From the NCBI GenBank assembly GCA_042568575.1, contig JBHPIO010000002.1:1-64000 (forward strand): a stretch of 64,000 nucleotides of DNA. The letters are read 5' to 3'. Under the pieces are notes generated by a model, which saw only the letters and a list, made by a program, of their open reading frames with translations, ran no database searches and was not told the origin of the DNA. Shown here in pieces: positions 9,850 to 17,377 of the stretch. Every line of letters starts with the position of its first letter. Positions within the stretch are counted from its first letter, which is position 1. The stretch is from Patescibacteria group bacterium (lineage in GTDB: Bacteria > Patescibacteriota > Gracilibacteria > UBA1369 > PNNO01). The position numbers and the translations under genes are program-made.

Positions 9850-10473
9850 TTAGTTAAACGTAAGACTTTCAACTATTTTGTCAGTCATTTCGATTCGTTT
9901 TTTCTGAGAATCCGAAAGCTCCATCTTGAGCAATTCAGTCCCCGGATCTTCATATATTGCGTAATCTTCTTTTGCAAAGAGGTTTACGGCGAACGCAGCT
10001 TCAGGCCACTCTTCGTTTGGTGTCTCTATGAAATATGTATTTTGAAATCCAAGATCACCCATTTTTGTAACTTCGAGATATGAAGTCACACCTTCTTTCA
10101 TTTGCGTGCAGTCTTTAACATATTCAACAAGGTCTGCTTCGTCACAGGCATTTCTTAATGAAAATCCTGGCTCCTGCCTCTCAAGAAGTCGCGCGAAGTA
10201 ATCCGAACGTTCAAGAGTAAATAAAACGGTTGGGATAAGGAAATCTCTTTCTTCGTCATATTCTCCTATGTGGATTCTAAGAAGTTCTTCTTCCTCGTCG
10301 TATACTTTGATGTCGTACTTTGCGGGATAATCGAACCCAAACCCGATTTCATCGTTAGTGTATTGGGTTAGTTCGCCAGTGTCCTGCGGTGCGGTTTCGG
10401 TTGGCTCGGCGCATCCATGAAGTCCAAGGACTGCCATAAATGTTACGATGCCAACTAAGATTATTTTTTTCAT
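9850..10473 (-). CDS. Lipoprotein, PsbP-like pattern
   Basis: Lipobox LHGC; YTNDEIGFGFDYP motif. Confidence 0.7.
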   Translation of the reverse strand: MKKIILVGIVTFMAVLGLHGCAEPTETAPQDTGELTQYTNDEIGFGFDYPAKYDIKVYDEEEELLRIHIGEYDEERDFLIPTVLFTLERSDYFARLLERQEPGFSLRNACDEADLVEYVKDCTQMKEGVTSYLEVTKMGDLGFQNTYFIETPNEEWPEAAFAVNLFAKEDYAIYEDPGTELLKMELSDSQKKRIEMTDKIVESLTFN

Positions 10474-10484
10474 ATTATTGAGAA

Positions 10485-11072
10485 TTATTCAGCTGGAGCT
10501 GATGGGTAGTTTGAAGGGTCTTCGTCAGGATGAACTCCGCCTCCGCCTTCGATCTGAGGTTCGTCGTCTTCTTCTCCAAACATTTGGTTCATACAATTAT
10601 CAAATGATGCTTCTCCTTCTTCGACTTTATCTTCCGGGATTACGTAGTTAGTTAATCCAACTTCGGTGTTGTCCAGGTCGAGAAAGAAAACATTGTCTGC
10701 TTGTGTTTTCGATGACCAAACATTCCAACATGGGCCAGGTGAATTATCTACACCAGTTCTCCATACAATAAGTTGTTTTTCTTCCAGACCTAAAAGGTAC
10801 AACATATCTATGTTTGGGTTTTCAAGCGTAAACAGAACTTCTCCGTCTTTAACAGATGTAATAGTCCCGTCTTGTGTGTTGTATTTATAATCTAGGGTTT
10901 CCACGATTTCTCTTTTCTGAGACACAGAAGTCTCATTTGTTGGCGCCGTTTCTTCCATAGAAGTATCTTCGCCTGGAGTAGTTGCGTCCTGGGTTGGTTC
11001 TGATGAACCACATCCAGAGAGTCCTAGTATTGCGAGAATGCTAATCATTCCTGCGATTGCGAGCTTTTTCAT
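10485..11072 (-). CDS. Acidic lipoprotein
   Basis: Start MKKLAIAG at 11072; lipobox LSGC; signal peptide resembles that of 9850-10473. Confidence 0.7.
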   Translation of the reverse strand: MKKLAIAGMISILAILGLSGCGSSEPTQDATTPGEDTSMEETAPTNETSVSQKREIVETLDYKYNTQDGTITSVKDGEVLFTLENPNIDMLYLLGLEEKQLIVWRTGVDNSPGPCWNVWSSKTQADNVFFLDLDNTEVGLTNYVIPEDKVEEGEASFDNCMNQMFGEEDDEPQIEGGGGVHPDEDPSNYPSAPAE

Positions 11073-11104
11073 TGTTTTGAGGGTTAAAATTATATGCTCT
11101 GTTA

Positions 11105-11136
11105 TCAATAACACTTAAATTCTAGAAAGTTGCGGT
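11105..11136 (-). promoter_or_regulatory. Putative ECF sigma promoter, copy 2
   Basis: ACCGCAACTT-N12-GTGTTATTGA; both boxes and spacer length identical to 17220-17251. Confidence 0.75.
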
Positions 11137-11147
11137 AATCGCGACGG

Positions 11148-14100
11148 TTATCTTTCGATAGTAATTTTATCGCCCGATGTGATGTTTGCAACTTCTGGGA
11201 ATAGGAAGCTTTCGATTTTTGCCGGATCGGCATAGAAAGTTCCCGGGTGAATTACTGTGGCGTAGTAAGTTCTGTACGGCTTACTGTTCTCACCATTAAA
11301 CCAGTAGAAGTATACTTCTTGATTATGAATGTTATACGGGCTTGCGTTTCCATAATAGCTACCAAAGACCTTAGGGGCTGTTAGCAATTTTAGACCGCTA
11401 GGCATAATGTCCGTAATTAAGTAAGAAGTATCTTTGTCACCCTGAAGGGCAAGTGTGATTTTTACAATATCACCTTCCTGGTATGTTGAATCATCACGAC
11501 TTAAGTTTGTGTAAGATCTAGAAATATTTACGCTGCTGTCTGTCTCGAAGTTTTCAGGGGCAATTGGTTCTTCGTAGTAAATAACTGCTCCAAGATCTCC
11601 CTTAACATCGGTTAGACTTATTCCTTTCATCTTGCTTGCAAGGACTTTATGAGTACCACAAGGCTTAAGTGTGATCTGTTCTTCTGAGTTTCCAGGACGA
11701 ACTGTAAAGCTAACTTCGTCAGGGCTTGCGTATTCAATCGCGTTCTTAATATATCCAATTTCATACAGATTGAGAATGTCGTCTTTTATACCGTGTCTTT
11801 CAACATAAATGTATAGTTCAATTGCGTCATCTTTTTCGCCAAGACCTGCAGCAAGGATTGCTCCAAGCGCTGTTTCGTAAGCGTTGTCGTCTGCCAATTC
11901 ATCAGAGACTTTATTGTAGATCTTTCGTGCTTCTCCGTGATCTCCAAGGCTTTCGAATGCAAGTGCGATATATAATTTTTCTGTAAGAGTTAGAGTCTCG
12001 TCGTCCTTAATTATTTGAAGACTGTTAAGAACCGGTTCGTTCATGTTAGCCAGACCAAGCATCGCAAGAATTACTTCTTCAAAATTTGCATCTGGATTGT
12101 TATAGAAAGAGTTGAAGTATTTCTTGAGCTCTCTAGTGTTGTATCTTTCAGGATTTGGATCGACTGTTGTGATTAATGCTGAAAGTCTTAAATCAGATGA
12201 AGAGTATGGAATAAGGCTTAATCCACCATCTACCTGTTGATAGTTTGTGATTTCAAAGTCACGTCTCTGCGCATACTCAACTTCGAAGTGTTCTGCAAGA
12301 ATTTCTCGCGATATCACCTCGGAAAGTCTTTGATCAATACGTTCACCTTCAGTGAAGTAAAGCCATAATAAGTTCTGATAATGCCTTGTTAATCCGGTAT
12401 CCATGAAGTAAATTTCTGCGAATCCTTCTTCTGGAAGGTCGAATACTGTTGTTTCGTCTACAGAAGGGATTAGTTCAAGGACATCGTGCTTTAGACGAGA
12501 ACCTTTAACTTCCATTGGGAGCGAAATTGCGTCTTTCTTAGATCCTGCTTTTGCATCGATTTGGATATCGTGAGTTCCAAGTTTTAGCTCTGGAAGTTCA
12601 TAATATGATCCTGTAAATGCAGTTCCAGTTATTGTGTCTGACTTTTCTACTCCAAGCGATGTTGCTGTAAGGTTGAAGTCAACTTCGTCGTCCTTAGAAA
12701 GCGCGTTTCCGAATGCTCTAAATTTAAGGATTGGATTATCTTTAATTGAGTATTCCTTGTTCATCACAAGGTCAGCGAACATTGGCAGTGTAACTTTAAC
12801 TGATCCAATTCCAACACCTGCTCTTAAATCTTGAGTATCAATGGCTTTTGCCACAACCCTCCAAGAAGTGATGTTGTCTGGAACTTGGAATGTTACGCTT
12901 CCTTTACCGTTTGATCCTGTTGTGATTGTTTCAAATAGGGCTGTGTCTTCGAAGTCGTTTCGTACGCCGTCTCCGCCTTTATCGTTATGAACGTAGAAGT
13001 TGTTGGCAATGTATGTGTGCTGATCTTTAACTTCGAAGTTATATACCCAAGTTGGTTTATTAACTTTTTTGATCGATGTAACTTTCACATTGTTGCCTTC
13101 TTTTGTCGTTAGATAGTCCCCAATTCTAACGTTTCCTGCAACGTCCCACATGTTGTTAACAAACAGCACATGCTCTCTTGTAACTTCGAGACTGTCGTTA
13201 ATTACGAGGTATTCATTAACATAATGCGAAATTGTGCTGGTAACTTCCGATGCAACTAGTTCATTAGAAAATGCGTGTTTTCTGGTTAAAATGTAGTCAC
13301 CTTTCGCAACTTCCTCGATTGATTTGTATGTTCCGTCTGACATTAGAATTTGTGTACCGGCAGTGAAACATCCACCTGCTTCTGCTCCTGTTTCCAGGTT
13401 TGCGGTGTCTAAAGGATTTGTATGAGTTACGTATCTTTGAATGATACCGTCAGTTTCGCGTGAATATAATTGCTCAATCGGATCCTGAATTCTGTTGTAG
13501 ATAAGTTTGTAATATGCCTCATCAACAAGATTCATATTAATTTTTGTAGCAACTGGGTTTCCGTCTTTATCTTTTACAGTAACGTTTAGTGTTACTTTCT
13601 CTCCCGGTTCGTATGAATCCTTATTAGTTTCCAATTCAACATCCAAACCTTTCAACTCTTTATTATAAGAAACCGAAGTGCTGAAAGTTGTACGATACAT
13701 TTTTCCATCAAACCATACTCCCTGAAGATATATGTTTGGAACATCTTCTTTTTCGAATTTGAATGTATAGTATGGAGATTCCTTTACAACGTGTTCATGA
13801 AGTCCGTTTTGAAGCTGCATGAATAGGAATTGTCCTCCAACATCTACGCTTAAAGGTGTGTCGCTTTGTGTGAATGCTGTTTCAACAGATTCTCCAACAT
13901 CGAAATAATGTTCACCATCATCGTTGTTTAGGATTTTCATTGAATAATAATCTCTACCTCGAGAACTTTCAGATCCGTAAATATAAAGGTTGTCTTCAGC
14001 AAGTCCTCCGTCGTCGTCGTACGTTTCAAACTTAACTGTGTAGTATTTAGATGGATCCATTTCGAATTCATAGTGAGCTACTCCATCGTCATCTGTCACA

Positions 14101-16583
14101 ACGTCAAATGTTCCGTATTCGTTGCTTGCCTGCCTGTAATCATAATCTTTTACAACTTTTTTATTGATGAAATCGTAGTGCTCGCCAGTTTCGATTTTAT
14201 TCCACCATTTTTCCGTAATTATTCCCTTAACTTTTCTGTTGCCTGCAATGTCTCCAATGTGATTTCTATAAGAGTATGATCCTTCATTCTCATTAATCTT
14301 GGTAAGGTCGATCCAGTTAGTCTGGATGTCCATGTATGCAGTGTTGTCTTTAACTTCTTTCTTTGCGTCCACGTCTATGTGCGATCTGTATACTGCAATG
14401 CTTACGGATCCGTAAATGTCAGATGATTCTCCTTTGGTTGGATAGAAAGAGAAGTATTTAGTATCGACCTCATAGTTTGCTGCGGCCTTTTGTGTGTAAA
14501 CTGCCTTTCCATTTTCATCTGTTACGAGAGCAGTTCCATCTGAATCTCCGTAATTAAGTTCTACATAAGGTACAGGAGTGCCGTCAAAGAAATGCGTATC
14601 GATATCGATTTTGATTTCTTCTCCCGAGAACATTGCTCTCTTGTTTGGAGTTACTTCAATATCATAAGTTGGCTTTGTATAAGCGCGAACGTTAATTGCT
14701 TTGCTGCCTATAGTTTTTTCTCCGTCGTAAATTGCGATTACATAACTACCCGGAAGCATTTCTTCAAAGTCGTATGATCCTGAGAATGTGCCGTCTGCTT
14801 CTGCTTCGAAACTAAGATCGGAAACAAAGGCATCTGGAGCGAATCCAAGATATCCTCCCCATCCTTTATATAGCTTCATGTTCATGTCTTCTATCTGGCT
14901 GCCGTCTTTAGGGTCAACAAATCCCCAGAAACGCATTTTGTCGTTTGGAAGATACATCGGCCTGTCAGTGTCGAATGCATACCAATAACTTTTCTGTGTC
15001 TCGCGTGACACAACTTGAGTAACAATACTTTTGCCGTCTGCAGCTGTGATTTTAATGGTATTTTGTGAGTGATTTTCTTGAGGGAAGTCGAATCTTGCAA
15101 CACCATTGTTATCTGTCTTTGTGGAAATACTTTCACCTATAACTTCAACAGTTGCGTTTGTAGCAGGTTTTTCTGCTGAAAGATCATGTGTCCATACAAT
15201 TGCGTCTGTGGCTGTTGCAGAAATGAATGCCGAAAGGTCAGTCATTTGAACTAGTGCCTGATCCATATCATCGTCAGTATTTACCTTGAAGAGGTAATAC
15301 CCGTCAGATAATTCTGCCGAAGGCATGTGGATGTATTGTCTCCAATCTTCTTCGCCAATTTCCGCTTCAAAAGTTGCGATTTTCTCTAAGTCAGAAATTT
15401 TATAGTCGTATTGGCTTCTAGTTAAACTTGCCCAGTAAGGGATATTTTCTCTTTCTTCCAACGCTTCGATGTATTTATCTACATCACTGAATTTGTATAC
15501 TTCAACATCAACTGTTGGAGCTTTTGGTTCAGGAATTTCAATTTCTATTGGATTTCCCTCTTCATCAAATTCAAGTTCTGCTTCTGGGATTTCAACAAAT
15601 ACCGGAGTGTCATCAAGATTTGTATAAACAGTCATTGCAAGCGGTTGAGCTGAACTTACTTCGTAGTAATCTTTCGAGAAACTGAAGTATTTTGACGATG
15701 TAGGCGCAGGTCCTTCCGCAGTTTCGAACTGAACTGTGTAGTCTTCGAGTAATGTTTGATCACTTTTTAGAAGTGGAAGTCCGGCTTTTAAAGTAACTGT
15801 ATAGATAGTAGCCGGATCAAGTCCTCCTTGTGGAACAAAACTCACTGTTCTTTGGTGGTGTTCGAATGTTCCCTGAACTTCAGGAGAAATTTCGAAGTAT
15901 TGGAACATGTGTTCAACGTCTAATTGTTCGTGGCTGAATGTGAATTCGATACCTGAGTTTGTTGGTATACCACTGGTTTTGTCAGCCGGAAGGCTTCCGG
16001 TGACTTTAAAAGTATCTTTTACTTGATACGCCCAGCTGTATCCTTTAGGTCCTTCGTCTGTTTCACTTACTATCACAAAGTTATATATGGCGTTTGGTTC
16101 GAGACCGTTTGCTGGCTGCACTTTGTATTTGCCTTCTTCTATCTTGGTGACATTAAGATCCGTATCAGGGGTTACTTTAATATTCGCTTCAACTGCTGCT
16201 GCATCAAGGTCTTCCGACGCTATTAATGTGAATGAAGTGTCTGATTCGATTCCGCTTGAGTCCTGATTATCGGCTGTCATTTCAAAATGTGCGCTTACTG
16301 TTGGAGGTCCCGAGATGAACCCGCTTTGCAGAAGGTTCTGCAGATTTGGTCCAAATACGATTGCTACTATAACGAGCACCGCGACTACGCTTGCCCATGC
16401 AATCTTTTTCGGCATAAAGAGTGAGGCGAAAAAGTTACCTCCAGATTTAGCCTTCTTTGATTTGGCAGGAGCTTTTTCCAGTCCAGTTTTCTGCTGGATA
16501 TATTTCCAGAGATACTCCTTGCTCTTTTTGACCGGAGCTTTATCGACCTTACGGTCTTTAAAGTCGTTGTTTAGTATATTCAT
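11148..16583 (-). CDS. Membrane-anchored alpha-2-macroglobulin family protein: short cytoplasmic N-terminus, TM, Ig-like (Big_5-like) domains, MG domains, Hint insert
   Basis: TDRPMYLP (MG2), YTKPTYDI, NKDSYEPGEKV, RNDFEDTA...VPDNITSWRV, C-terminal ITDIMPSG...Y.ATVIHPGTF; TM at about residues 62-78. Confidence 0.9.
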   Translation of the reverse strand: MNILNNDFKDRKVDKAPVKKSKEYLWKYIQQKTGLEKAPAKSKKAKSGGNFFASLFMPKKIAWASVVAVLVIVAIVFGPNLQNLLQSGFISGPPTVSAHFEMTADNQDSSGIESDTSFTLIASEDLDAAAVEANIKVTPDTDLNVTKIEEGKYKVQPANGLEPNAIYNFVIVSETDEGPKGYSWAYQVKDTFKVTGSLPADKTSGIPTNSGIEFTFSHEQLDVEHMFQYFEISPEVQGTFEHHQRTVSFVPQGGLDPATIYTVTLKAGLPLLKSDQTLLEDYTVQFETAEGPAPTSSKYFSFSKDYYEVSSAQPLAMTVYTNLDDTPVFVEIPEAELEFDEEGNPIEIEIPEPKAPTVDVEVYKFSDVDKYIEALEERENIPYWASLTRSQYDYKISDLEKIATFEAEIGEEDWRQYIHMPSAELSDGYYLFKVNTDDDMDQALVQMTDLSAFISATATDAIVWTHDLSAEKPATNATVEVIGESISTKTDNNGVARFDFPQENHSQNTIKITAADGKSIVTQVVSRETQKSYWYAFDTDRPMYLPNDKMRFWGFVDPKDGSQIEDMNMKLYKGWGGYLGFAPDAFVSDLSFEAEADGTFSGSYDFEEMLPGSYVIAIYDGEKTIGSKAINVRAYTKPTYDIEVTPNKRAMFSGEEIKIDIDTHFFDGTPVPYVELNYGDSDGTALVTDENGKAVYTQKAAANYEVDTKYFSFYPTKGESSDIYGSVSIAVYRSHIDVDAKKEVKDNTAYMDIQTNWIDLTKINENEGSYSYRNHIGDIAGNRKVKGIITEKWWNKIETGEHYDFINKKVVKDYDYRQASNEYGTFDVVTDDDGVAHYEFEMDPSKYYTVKFETYDDDGGLAEDNLYIYGSESSRGRDYYSMKILNNDDGEHYFDVGESVETAFTQSDTPLSVDVGGQFLFMQLQNGLHEHVVKESPYYTFKFEKEDVPNIYLQGVWFDGKMYRTTFSTSVSYNKELKGLDVELETNKDSYEPGEKVTLNVTVKDKDGNPVATKINMNLVDEAYYKLIYNRIQDPIEQLYSRETDGIIQRYVTHTNPLDTANLETGAEAGGCFTAGTQILMSDGTYKSIEEVAKGDYILTRKHAFSNELVASEVTSTISHYVNEYLVINDSLEVTREHVLFVNNMWDVAGNVRIGDYLTTKEGNNVKVTSIKKVNKPTWVYNFEVKDQHTYIANNFYVHNDKGGDGVRNDFEDTALFETITTGSNGKGSVTFQVPDNITSWRVVAKAIDTQDLRAGVGIGSVKVTLPMFADLVMNKEYSIKDNPILKFRAFGNALSKDDEVDFNLTATSLGVEKSDTITGTAFTGSYYELPELKLGTHDIQIDAKAGSKKDAISLPMEVKGSRLKHDVLELIPSVDETTVFDLPEEGFAEIYFMDTGLTRHYQNLLWLYFTEGERIDQRLSEVISREILAEHFEVEYAQRRDFEITNYQQVDGGLSLIPYSSSDLRLSALITTVDPNPERYNTRELKKYFNSFYNNPDANFEEVILAMLGLANMNEPVLNSLQIIKDDETLTLTEKLYIALAFESLGDHGEARKIYNKVSDELADDNAYETALGAILAAGLGEKDDAIELYIYVERHGIKDDILNLYEIGYIKNAIEYASPDEVSFTVRPGNSEEQITLKPCGTHKVLASKMKGISLTDVKGDLGAVIYYEEPIAPENFETDSSVNISRSYTNLSRDDSTYQEGDIVKITLALQGDKDTSYLITDIMPSGLKLLTAPKVFGSYYGNASPYNIHNQEVYFYWFNGENSKPYRTYYATVIHPGTFYADPAKIESFLFPEVANITSGDKITIER
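12984..13370 (-). other. Hint / bacterial intein-like (BIL) domain, 129 aa (residues 1072-1200), inside the A2M
   Basis: CFTAGT start, TREH block B, VYNFEV block F, YVHN end; +1 residue Asp; no homing endonuclease. Confidence 0.9.
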
Positions 16584-16585
16584 GA

Positions 16586-17164
16586 TTATATAGAGTTAGT
16601 TGCTAATAATTGTCTTAAATTGGTGAGCGCTCTATGCATCATTGATTTGACCGCGCTTTCGGATCTTTTAATAACTTCGCCAATTTCTTTATGTGAAAAG
16701 CCTTCGAAATAATGAAGACTAACTATGTTTTGATATTTTGGATTTAAAGTTCCCACTGCGTCGCTTAGCTTAGAAAGGTCTTCGTCTCCGAACATTGATT
16801 TATCAAGTGCTTCCATTTCTTCCTTTGCGTTTGTCTGAAGTTGTTTCAGTCCCTGCATTTCTTCTGTAAGCGGTGCTATTTTCGGATTTCTACGATGATT
16901 TTTTAATGCGTTGATGGCAATCCGATAGAGCCATACTTTTATCGAAACGCCGGTCCACTTAAATTTGTGAAGGCTTTCGAATGCTTTAATAAATGTTTCG
17001 GCAGTGAGGTCGTATGCGACTTCACTGGACATGGTCCTTTTCACCAAATACTTGAATATCATTTCGTAGTAATGATTGTATACCTTTTCAAATACAGCTT
17101 TGTCTGATTTGAAATCTTCAAGTATCTGCTGCTGGACCTCTGGTGAAAGGTCACTGTGTTTCAT
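16586..17164 (-). CDS. ECF (sigma-70 group 4) RNA polymerase sigma factor
   Basis: AYDLTAETFIKAF, WLYRIAIN (region 2); SHKEIGEVI..SESAVKSMMHRA (region 4). Confidence 0.92.
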   Translation of the reverse strand: MKHSDLSPEVQQQILEDFKSDKAVFEKVYNHYYEMIFKYLVKRTMSSEVAYDLTAETFIKAFESLHKFKWTGVSIKVWLYRIAINALKNHRRNPKIAPLTEEMQGLKQLQTNAKEEMEALDKSMFGDEDLSKLSDAVGTLNPKYQNIVSLHYFEGFSHKEIGEVIKRSESAVKSMMHRALTNLRQLLATNSI

Positions 17165-17219
17165 AGATATGAGGGATTATTATAATCAAGTGTAAGTTTG
17201 CACTATATGTGCTTCACTT

Positions 17220-17251
17220 TCAATAACACATGGATAAAAATAAGTTGCGGT
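17220..17251 (-). promoter_or_regulatory. Putative autoregulatory ECF sigma promoter, copy 1
   Basis: ACCGCAACTT-N12-GTGTTATTGA, 55 nt upstream of the sigma start. Confidence 0.75.
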
Positions 17252-17290
17252 TTTTATTTATGAGTGCACCGTAAAAAAGCGTTTATTTTG

Positions 17291-17323
17291 AAAAAGCCCG
17301 ACCATGAAATCAGAGGGTCGGGC
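17291..17323 (-). terminator. Intrinsic terminator of the MYXO-CTERM gene
   Basis: GCCCGACC/GGTCGGGC stem plus TTTTT. Confidence 0.75.
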
Positions 17324-17377
17324 AGGATTGGTTTTGGTTGAACGCCTAGTGCGCCCTACGTGTAGCGCGTGATGCGT

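Noticed and set aside
12984-13370. Canonical mobile intein
   Set aside because: No homing endonuclease and the +1 residue is Asp; treated as a BIL/Hint domain
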